A DNA stretch of 64,000 bases from Eledone cirrhosa (Eukaryota). The stretch spans positions 105,028,001 through 105,092,000 of the forward strand of contig OZ024744.1 of the NCBI GenBank assembly GCA_964016885.1. Reading direction: 5' to 3'. Positions 53,301 through 64,000 of the stretch are shown piece after piece (the stretch's first letter is position 1; each line of letters opens with the position of its first letter). Below the pieces are notes generated by a model. It saw only the letters and a program-made list of their open reading frames with translations. It had not been told where the DNA came from and ran no database searches. The position numbers and the translations under genes are program-made.

Positions 53301-56300
53301 TGACTAATCTGTGTCTACGGTTGTATGCCGTCTATGACTAGTCTGTGTCTACAGTTGTATGCCGTCTATGACTAGTCTGTGTCTACGGTTGTATGCCGTC
53401 TATGACTAGTCTGTGTGTACGGCTGTATGCCGTCTATGACTAGTCTGTGTCTACAGTTGTATGCCGTCTATGACTAGTCTGTGTCTACGGTTGTATGCCA
53501 TCTATGACTAGTCTGTGTGTACGGTTGTATGCCGTCTATGACTAGTCTGTGTCTACGGTTGTATGCAGTCTATGACTAGTCTGTGTCTACAGTTGTATGC
53601 CGTCTATGACTAGTCTATGTGTACGGTTGTATGCCGTCTATGACTAGTCTCTGTCTACGGTTGTATGCCGTCTATGACTAGTCTATGTTTACGGTTGTAT
53701 GCCGTCTATGACTAGTCTGTGTCTACGGTTGTATGCCGTCTATGACTTGTCTGTGTCTACGGTTGTATGCCGTCTATGACTAGTCTGTGTCTACGGTTGT
53801 ATGCCGTCTATGACTAGTCTGTGTGTACGGTTGTATGCCGTCTATGACTAGTCTGATCCACGGTTGTATGCCGTATATGACTAGTCTGTGTGTACGGTTG
53901 TATGCAGTCTATGACTAGTCTGTGTCTACGGTTGTATGCCATCTATGACTAGTCTGTGTCTACGGTTGTATGCCGCCTATGACTAGTCTGTGTCTACTGT
54001 TGTATGCCGTCTATGACTAGTTTGTGTCTACGGTTGTATACCGTCTATGACTAGTCTGTGTCTACGGTTGTATGCCGTCTATGACTAGTCTGTGTCTACT
54101 GCTGTATGCCGTCTATGACTAGTCTGTGTGTACGGTTGTATGCCGTCTATGACTAGTCTGTGTGTACGGTTGTATGCCGTCTATGACTAGTCTGTGTCTA
54201 CGGTTGTATGCCGTCTATGACTAGTCTGATCCACGGTTGTATGCCGTCTATGACTAGTCTGTGTCTACGGTTGTATGCCGTCTATGACTAGTCTGTGTCT
54301 ACGGTTGTATGCAGTCTATGACTAGTCTGTGTCTACAGTTGTATGCCGTCTATGACTAGTCTGTGTCTACGGTGGTATGTCGTCTATGACTAGTCTGATC
54401 CACAGTTGTATGCCGTCTATGACTAGTCTGTGTCTTCGGTTGTATGCCGTCTATGACTAGTCTGTGTCTACGGTTGTATGCCGTCTATGACTAGTCTGTG
54501 TCTACAGTTGTATGCCGTCTATGACTAGTCTGTGTCTATGGTTGTATGCCATCTATGACTAATCTGTGTCTACAGTTGTATGCCGTCTATGACTAGTCTG
54601 TGTCTACGGTTGTATGCCGTCTATGACTAGTCTGTGTGTACGGTTGTATGCCGTCTATGACTAGTCTGTGTGTACGGTTGTATGCCGTCTATGACTAGTC
54701 TGTGTCTACGGTTGTATGCCGTCTATGACTAGTATGTGTGTACGGTTGTATGCCGTCTATGACTAGTCTGTGTCTACGGTTGTATGCCGTCTATGACTAG
54801 TCTGTGTCTACGGTTGTATGCCGTCTATGACTAGTCTGTGTCTACAGTTGTATGCCGTCTATGACTAGTCTGTGTCTACGGTTGTATGCCGTCTATGACT
54901 AGTCTGATCCACGGTTGTATGCCGTCTATGACTAGTCTGTGTCTTCGGTTGTATGCCGTTTCTGACTAGTCTGTGTCTACGGTTGTATGCCCTCTATGAC
55001 TAGTCTGTGTCTAGAGTTGTATGCCGTCTATGACTAGTCTGTGTCTACGGTTGTATGCCGTCTATGACTATTCTGTGTCTATGGCTGTATGCCGTCTATG
55101 ACTAGTCTGTGTCTACGGTTGTATGCCGTCTATGACTAGTCTGATCCACGGTTGTATGCCGTCTATGACTAGTCTGATCCACGGTTGTATGCCGTCTATG
55201 ACTAGTCTGTGTCTTCAGTTGTATGCCGTTTATGACTAGTCTGTGTCTACGGTTGTATGCCGTCTATGACTAGTCTGTGTCTACGGTTGTATGCCGTCTA
55301 TGACTAGTCGGTGTGTACGGTTGTATGCCGTCTATGACTAGTCTGTGTCTACGGTTGTATGCCGTCTATGACTAGTCTGTGTCTACAGTTGTATGCCGTC
55401 TATGACTAGTCTGTGCCTACGGTTGTATGCCGTCTATGACTAGTATGTGTCTACGGTTGTATGCCGTCTATGACTAGTCTGTGTGTACGGTTGTATGCCG
55501 TCTATGACTAGTCTGTGTGTACGGTTGTATGCCGTCTATGACTAGTTTGTGTCTACGGTTGTATGCCATCTATGACTAGTCTGTGTGTACGGTTGTATGC
55601 CGTCTATGACTAGTCTGTGTCTACGGTTGTATGCCGTCTATGACTAGTCTGTGTCTACGGTTGTATGCCGTCTATGACTAGTCTGTGTCTACAGTTGTAT
55701 GCCGTCTATGACTAGTTTGTGTCTACGGTTGTATACGGTCTATGACTAGTCTGTGTCTACGGTTGTATGCAGTCTATGACTAGTCTGTGTCTACGGTTGT
55801 ATGCCGTCTATGACTAGTCTGTGTCTACGGTTGTATGCCGTCTATGACTAGTCTGTGTCTACAGTTGTATGCCGTCTATGACTAGTCTGTGTGTACGGTG
55901 GTATGCAGTCTATGACTAGTCTGTGTCTACGGTTGTATGCCGTCTATGACTAGTCTGTGTGTACGGTTGTATGCAGTCTATGACTAGTCTGTGTCTACGG
56001 TTGTATGCCGTCTATGACTAGTCTGTGTCTACAGTTGTATGCCATCTATGACTAGTCTGTGTGTACGGTTGTATGCAGTATATGACTAGTCTGTGTCTAC
56101 AGTTGTATGCCGTCTATGACTAGCCTGAGTCTACGGTTGTATGCAGTCTATGACTAGTCTGTGTGTACGGTTGTATGCCGTCTATGACTAGTCTACGGCT
56201 GTGTGCCGTCTATGACTAGTCTGTGTCTACGGTTGTATGCCGTCTATGACTAGTCTGTGTCTACAGTTGTATGGCGTCTATGACTAGTCTGTGTCTTCGG

Positions 56301-59300
56301 TTGTATGCCGTCTATGACTAGTCTGTGTCTACGGTTGTATGCCGTCTATGACTAGTCTGTGTCTACGGTTGTATGCAGTCTATGACTAGTCTGTGTCTAC
56401 GGTTGTATGCCGTCTATGACTAGTCTGTGTCTACGGTTGTATGCCGTCTATGACTAGTCTGTGTCTACAGTTGTATGCCGTCTATGACTAGTCTGTGTCT
56501 TCGGTTGTATGCCGTCTATGACTAGTCTGTGTCTACGGTTGTATGCCGTCTATGACTAGTCTGTGTCTACGTTTGTATGCCGGCTATGACTAGTCTGTGT
56601 CTACGGTTGTATGCCGTCTGTGACTAGTCTGTGTCTACGGTTGTATGCCGTCTATGACTAATCTGTGTCTACGGTTGTATGCCATCTATGACTAGTCTGT
56701 GTGTACGGTTGTATGCCGTCTATGACTAGTCTGTGTCTACGGTTGTATGCCGTCTATGACTAGTCTGTGTCTACAGTTGTATGCCGTCTATGACTGGTCT
56801 GTGTCTACAGTTGTATGCCGTCTATGACTAGTCTGTGTCTACAGTTGTATACCGTCTATGACTTGTCTATGTCTACAGTTGTATGCCGTCTATGACTAGT
56901 CTGTGTCTACGGTTGTATGCCGTCTATGACTAGTCTGTGTCTACGGTTGTATGCCGTCAATGACTAGACTGTGTCTACAGTTGTATGCCATCTATGACTA
57001 GTCTGTGTCTACTGCTGTATGCAGTCTATGACTAGTCTGTGTCTACGGTTGTATGCAGGCTATGACTAGTCACTGTCTACGGTTGTATGCAGGTTATGAC
57101 TAGTCTGTGTCTACGGTTGTATGCCGTCTATGACTAGTTTGTGTCTACAGTTGTATGCCGTCTATGACTAGTCTGTGTCTTCGGTTGTATGCCGTCTGTG
57201 ACTAGTCTGTGTGTACGGTTGTATTCCGTCTATGACTAGTCTGTGTCTACGGTTTATGCCGTCTATGACTAGTCTGTGTCTACGGTTGTATGCCATCTAT
57301 GACTAGTCTGTGTGTACGGTTGTATGCCGTCTATGACTAGTCTGTGTCTACGGTTGTATGCCGTCTATGACTAGTCTGTGTCTACGGTTGTATGCCGTCT
57401 ATGACTAGTCTGTGTCTACGGTTGTATGCCGTCTATGACTAGAATGTGTCTACGGCTGTATGCCATCTATGACTAGTCTGTGTGTAATGTTGTATGCCGT
57501 CTATGACTAGTCTGTGTCTACGCTTGTATGCCGTCTATGACTAGTCTGTGTGTACGGTTGTATGCCGTCTATGACTAGTCTGATCCACGGTTGTATGCCG
57601 TCTATGACTAGTCTGTGTCTTCGGTTGTATGCCGTCTATGACTAGTCTGTGTCTACGGTTGTATGCCGTCTATGACTAGTCTGTGTCTACAGTTGTATGC
57701 CGTCTATGACTAGTCTGTGTCTACGGTTGTATGCCGTCTATGACTATTCTGTGTCTATGGCTGTATGCCGTCTATGACTAGTCTGTGTCTACGGTTGTAT
57801 GCCGTCTATGACTAGTCTGATCCACGGTAGTATGCCGTCTATGACTAGTCTGATCCACGGTTGTATGCCGTCTATGACTAGTCTGTGTCTTCAGTTGTAT
57901 GCCGTTTATGACTAGTCTGTGTCTACGGTTGTATGCCGTCTATGACTAGTCTGTGTCTACGGTTGTATGCCGTCTATGACTAGTCGGTGTGTACGGTTGT
58001 ATGCCGTCTATGAATAGTCTGTGTCTACGGTTGTATGCCGTCTATGACTAGTCTGTGCCTACGGTTGTATGCCGTCTATGACTAGTCTGTGTCTACAGTT
58101 GTATGCCGTCTATGACTAGTCTGTGTCTATGGTTGTATGCCATCTATGACTAGTCTGTGTCTACAGTTGTATGCCGTCTATGACTAGTCTGTGTCTACGG
58201 TTGTATGCCGTCTATGACTAGTCTGTGTGTACGGTTGTATGCCGTCTATGACTAGTCTGTGTGTACAGTTGTATGCCGTCTATGACTAGTCTGTGTCTAC
58301 GGTTGTATGCCGTCTATGACTAGTCTGTGTCTACGGTTGTATGCCGTCTATGACTAGTCTGTGTCTACAGTTGTATGCCGTCTATGACTAGTCTGTGTCT
58401 ACGGTTGTATGCCGTCTATGACTAGTCTGTGTCTACGGTTGTATGCCGTCTATGACTAGTCTGTGTCTACGGTTGTATGCCGTCTATGACTAGTCTGTGT
58501 CTACGGTTGTATGCCGTCTATGACTAATCTGTGTCTACGGTTGTATGCCGTCTATGACTAGTCTGTGTCTACAGTTGTATGCCGTCTATGACTAGTCTGT
58601 GTCTACGGTTGTATGCCGTCTATGACTAGTCTGTGTGTACGGCTGTATGCCGTCTATGACTAGTCTGTGTCTACAGTTGTATGCCGTCTATGACTAGTCT
58701 GTGTCTACGGTTGTATGCCATCTATGACTAGTCTGTGTGTACGGTTGTATGCCGTCTATGACTAGTCTGTGTCTACGGTTGTATGCAGTCTATGACTAGT
58801 CTGTGTCTACAGTTGTATGCCGTCTATGACTAGTCTATGTGTACGGTTGTATGCCGTCTATGACTAGTCTCTGTCTACGGTTGTATGCCGTCTATGACTA
58901 GTCTATGTTTACGGTTGTATGCCGTCTATGACTAGTCTGTGTCTACGGTTGTATGCCGTCTATGACTTGTCTGTGTCTACGGTTGTATGCCGTCTATGAC
59001 TAGTCTGTGTCTACGGTTGTATGCCGTCTATGACTAGTCTGTGTGTACGGTTGTATGCCGTCTATGACTAGTCTGTGTCTACTGTTGTATGCCGTATATG
59101 ACTAGTCTGTGTGTACGGTTGTATGCAGTCTATGACTAGTCTGTGTCTAGGGTTGTATGCCATCTATGACTAGTCTGTGTCTACGGTTGTATGCCGCCTA
59201 TGACTAGTCTGTGTCTACTGTTGTATGCCGTCTATGACTAGTTTGTGTCTACGGTTGTATACCGTCTATGACTAGTCTGTGTCTACGGTTGTATGCCGTC

Positions 59301-60870
59301 TATGACTAGTCTGTGTCTACTGCTGTATGCCGTCTATGACTAGTCTGTGTGTACGGTTGTATGCCGTCTATGACTAGTCTGTGTGTACGGTTGTATGCCG
59401 TCTATGACTAGTCTGTGTCTACGGTTGTATGCCGTCTATGACTAGTCTGATCCACGGTTGTATGCCGTCTATGACTAGTCTGTGTCTACGGTTGTATGCC
59501 GTCTATGACTAGTCTGTGTCTACGGTTGTATGCAGTCTATGACTAGTCTGTGTCTACAGTTGTATGCCGTCTATGACTAGTCTGTGTCTACGGTGGTATG
59601 CCGTCTATGACTAGTCTGATCCACAGTTGTATGCCGTCTATGACTAGTCTGTGTCTTCGGTTGTATGCCGTCTATGACTAGTCTGTGTCTACGGTTGTAT
59701 GCCGTCTATGACTAGTCTGTGTCTACAGTTGTATGCCGTCTATGACTAGTCTGTGTCTATGGTTGTATGCCATCTATGACTAATCTGTGTCTACAGTTGT
59801 ATGCCGTCTATGACTAGTCTGTGTCTACGGTTGTATGCCGTCTATGACTAGTCTGTGTGTACGGTTGTATGCCGTCTATGACTAGTCTGTGTGTACGGTT
59901 GTATGCCGTCTATGACTAGTCTGTGTCTACGGTTGTATGCCGTCTATGACTAGTATGTGTGTACGGTTGTATGCCGTCTATGACTAGTCTGTGTCTACGG
60001 TTGTATGCCGTCTATGACTAGTCTGTGTCTACGGTTGTATGCCGTCTATGACTAGTCTGTGTCTACAGTTGTATGCCGTCTATGACTAGTCTGTGTCTAC
60101 GGTTGTATGCCGTCTATGACTAGTCTGATCCACGGTTGTATGCCGTCTATGACTAGTCTGTGTCTTCGGTTGTATGCCGTTTCTGACTAGTCTGTGTCTA
60201 CGGTTGTATGCCGTCTATGACTAGTCTGTGTCTAGAGTTGTATGTCGTCTATGACTAGTCTGTGTCTACGGTTGTATGCCGTCTATGACTATTCTGTGTC
60301 TATGGCTGTATGCCGTCTATGACTAGTCTGTGTCTACGGTTGTATGCCGTCTACGACTAGTCTGATCCACGGTTGTATGCCGTCTATGACTAGTCTGATC
60401 CACGGTTGTATGCCGTCTATGACTAGTCTGTGTCTTCAGTTGTATGCCGTTTATGACTAGTCTGTGTCTACGGTTGTATGCCGTCTATGACTAGTCTGTG
60501 TCTACGGTTGTATGCCGTCTATGACTAGTCGGTGTGTACGGTTGTATGCCGTCTATGACTAGTCTGTGTCTACGGTTGTATGCCGTCTATGACTAGTCTG
60601 TGTCTACAGTTGTATGCCGTCTATGACTAGTCTGTGCCTACGGTTGTATGCCGTCTATGACTAGTATGTGTCTACGGTTGTATGCCGTCTATGACTAGTC
60701 TGTGTGTACGGTTGTATGCCGTCTATGACTAGTCTGTGTGTACGGTTGTATGCCGTCTATGACTAGTTTGTGTCTACGGTTGTATGCCATCTATGACTAG
60801 TCTGTGTGTACGGTTGTATGCCGTCTATGACTAGTCTGTGTCTACGGTTGTATGCCGTCTATGACTAGTC
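50410..60870. repeat. Higher-order tandem duplication, period about 5220-5288 bp
   Basis: gtctacggctgtgtg 50903/56191 (5288); tccacggtag 52601/57821 (5220, after loss of 2 monomers); ttctgactag following gccgt 54960/60181. Confidence 0.85.
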
Positions 60871-63800
60871 TGTGTCTACGGTTGTATGCTGTCTATGACT
60901 AGTCTGTGTCTACTGTTGTATACCATCTATGACTAGTCTGTGTCTACGGTTGTATGCCGTCTATGACTACTCTGTGTCTACGGTTGTATGCCGTCTATGA
61001 CTAGTCTGTGTCTACGGTTGTATGCCGTCTATGACTAGTCTGTGTCTACGGTTGTATGCCGTCTATGACGAGTCTGTGTCTACGGTTGTATGCCGTCTAT
61101 GACTAGTCTGTGTCTACAGTTGTATGCCGTCTATGACGAGTCTGTGTCTACGGTTGTATGCCGTCTATGACTAGTCTGTGTCTACGGTTGTATGCCGTCT
61201 ATGACTAGTCTGTGTCTACTGTTGTATGCCGTCTATGACTAGTCTGTGTCTACAATTGTATGCCGTCTATGACTAGTCTGTGTCTACAGTTGTATGCCGT
61301 CTATGACTAGTCTGTGTCTACAGTTGTATGCCGTCTATGACTAGTCTGTGTCTACAGTTGTATGCCGTCTATGTCTAGTCTGTGTCTACAGTTGTATGCC
61401 GTCTATGACTAGTCTGTGTCTACGGTTGAATGCCGTCTATGACTAGTCTGTGTCTACGGTTGTATGCCGTCTATGACTAGTCTGTGTCTACTGTTGTATG
61501 CCGTCTATGACTAGTCTGTGTCTACGGTTGAATGCCGTCTATGACTAGTCTGTGTCTACGGTTGTATGCCGTCTATGACTAGTCTGTGTCTACGGTTGTA
61601 TGCCGTCTATGACTAGTCTGTGTCTACAGTTGTATGCCGTATATCACTAGTCTGTGTCTACGGTTGTATGCCGTCTATGACTAGTCTGTGCCTTCAGTTG
61701 TATGCCGTCTATGACTAGTCTGTGTCTACAGTTGTATGCCGTATATGACTAGTCTGTGTCTACTGTTGTATGCCGTATATGACTAGTCTGTGTCTACGGT
61801 TGTATGCTGTCTATGAGTAGTCTGTGTCTACTGTTGTATGCCGTCTATGACTAGTCTGTGTCTACGGTTGTATGCCGTCTATGACTAGTCTGTGTCTACT
61901 GTTGTATGCCGTCTATGACTAGTCTGTGTCTACGGTTGTATACCGTCTATGACTAGTCTGATCCACGGTTGTATGCCGTCTATGACTAGTCTGTGTCTAC
62001 AGTTGTATGCCGTCTATGACTAGTCTGTGTCTATGGTTGTATGCCATCTATGACTAGTCTGTGTCTACGGTTGTATGCCGTCTATGACTAGTCTATGTGT
62101 ACGGTTGTATGCCGTCTATGACTAGTCTGTGTGTACGGCTGTATGCCGTCTATGACTAGTCTGTGTCTACGGTTGTATGGCGTCTGTGACTAGTCTGTGT
62201 CTACGGTTGTATGCCGTCTATGACTAGTCTGTGTCTACGGTTGTATGCCGTCTATGACTAGTCTGTGTCTACGGTTGTATGCCGTCTATAACTAATCTGT
62301 GTCTACGGTTGTATGCTGTCTATGACTAGTCTGTGTCTACGGTTGTATGCCGCCTATGACGAGTCTGTTTCTACGGTTGTATGCCGTCTATGACTAGTCT
62401 GTGTCTACAGTTGTATGCCGTCTATGACTAGTCTGTGTCTACGGTTGTATGCAGTCTATGACTAGTCTGTGTCTACAGTTGTATGCCGTCTATGACTAGT
62501 CTATGTGTACGGTTGTATGCCGTCTATGACTAGTCTGTGTCTACGGTTGTATGCCGTCTATGACTAGTCTATGTTTACGGTTGTATGCCGTCTATGACTA
62601 GTCTGTGTCTACGGTTGTATGCCGTCTATAACTTGTCTGTGTCTACGGTTGTATGCCGTCTATGACTAGTCTGTGTCTACGGTTGTATGCCGTCTATGAC
62701 TAGTCTGTGTGTACGGTTGTATGCCGTCTATGACTAGTCTGTGTCTACTGTTGTATGCCGTATATGGCTAGTCTGTGTGTACGGTTGTATGCAGTCTATG
62801 ACTAGTCTGTGTCTACGGTTGTATGCCATCTATGACTAGTCTGTGTCTACGGTTGTATGCCGCCTATGACTAGTCTGTGTCTACTGTTGTATGCCGTCTA
62901 TGACTAGTTTGTGTCTACGGTTGTATACCGTCTATGACTAGTCTGTGTCTACGGTTGTATGCCGTCTATGACTAGTCTGTGTCTACTGCTGTATGCCGTC
63001 TATGACTAGTCTGTGTGTACGGTTGTATGCCGTCTATGACTAGTCTGTGTCTACGGTTGTATGCCGTCTATGACTAGTCTGTGTGTACGGTTGTATGCCG
63101 TCTATGACTAGTCTGATCCACGGTTGTATGCCGTCTATGACTAGTCTGTGTCTTCGGTTGTATGCCGTCTATGACTAGTCTGTGTCTACGGTTGTATGCC
63201 GTCTATGACTAGTCTGTGTCTACAGTTGTATGCCGTCTATGACTAGTCTGTGTCTATGGTTGTATGCCATCTATGACTAGTCTGTGTCTACAGTTGTATG
63301 CCGTCTATGACTAGTCTGTGTCTACGGTTGTATGCCGTCTATGACTAGTCTGTGTGTACGGTTGTATGCCGTCTATGACTAGTCTGTATGTACGGTTGTA
63401 TGCCGTCTATGACTAGTCTGTGTCTACGGTTGTATGCCATCTATGACTAGTATGTGTGTACGGTTGTATGCCGTCTATGACTACTCTGTGTCTACGGTTG
63501 TATGCCGTCTATGACTAGTCTGTGTCTACGGTTGTATGCCGTCTATGACTAGTCTGTGTCTACGGTTGTATGCCGTCTATGACTAGTCTGTGTCTACTGT
63601 TGTATGCCGTCTATGACTAGTCTGTGTCTACAGTTGTATGCCGTCTATGACTAGTCTGTGTCTACAGTTGTATGCCGTCTATGACTAGTCTGTGTCTACA
63701 GTTGTATGCCGTCTATGACTAGTCTGTGTCTACAGTTGTATGCCGTCTATGTCTAGTCTGTGTCTACAGTTGTATGCCGTCTATGACTAGTCTGTGTCTA

Positions 63801-64000
63801 CGGTTGAATGCCGTCTATGACTAGTCTGTGTCTACGGTTGTATGCCGTCTATGACTAGTCTGTGTCTACTGTTGTATGCCGTCTATGACTAGTCTGTGTC
63901 TACGGTTGAATGCCGTCTATGACTAGTCTGTGTCTACGGTTGTATGCCGTCTATGACTAGTCTGTGTCTACGGTTGTATGCCGTCTATGACTAGTCTGTG

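Larger units (their letters stand above)
2910..64000. repeat. 34-bp tandem satellite array, about 1,800 head-to-tail monomers, consensus GTCTATGACTAGTCTGTGTCTACGGTTGTATGCC; extends beyond the window
   Basis: GACTAGTC recurs every 34 bp (e.g. 4441, 4475); most monomers differ from consensus by 0-2 substitutions; 33-, 32- and 28-bp variants occur; single orientation; consensus is 47% GC (T13 G9 C7 A5). Confidence 0.99.

Noticed and set aside
2910-64000. CRISPR array (34-bp partly palindromic repeat)
   Set aside because: Repeats are directly adjacent with no unique spacers, there are no cas genes, and the context is eukaryotic TEs.
2910-64000. Repetitive protein-coding region
   Set aside because: 34 is not a multiple of 3 and each monomer has TGA/TAG on the plus strand and TAG on the minus strand, so all frames close within about 100 bp; the ORF track is empty here.
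2910-64000. Telomeric repeat or information-encoding variant code
   Set aside because: No TTAGGG-like short G-rich unit is present, and the order of variants is explained by block duplication.

Overview
Eukaryotic, repeat-only window with no intact cellular gene. The SINE-like repeats resemble those I recall from octopus/cephalopod genomes; this is inference, not a database result. Bases 1-2.9 kb hold several transposable elements. These are a minus-strand RTE-clade LINE endonuclease region (missed by the ORF track, one frameshift), two tRNA-headed SINEs (one with a perfect 17-bp TSD), and a retro-tail nested in another with a 12-bp TSD. The last is the left end of an internally deleted hAT (Buster/Charlie-type) DNA transposon, with TIR, nnnTAnnn target site and the last 37 transposase codons. 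About 75 bp after that stop codon a 34-bp head-to-tail satellite begins (GTCTATGACTAGTCTGTGTCTACGGTTGTATGCC). It runs uninterrupted for more than 61 kb (about 1,800 copies) past the window end. The best interpretation is a satellite that arose inside a hAT transposon. Variant monomers show nested higher-order duplications (periods 373, 2378, 2782, 4063, 4174, 5220 and 6617 bp, long-range copies at 20.6 and 36.1 kb), a more diverged core, CpG-decay variants and palindrome-perfecting variants.
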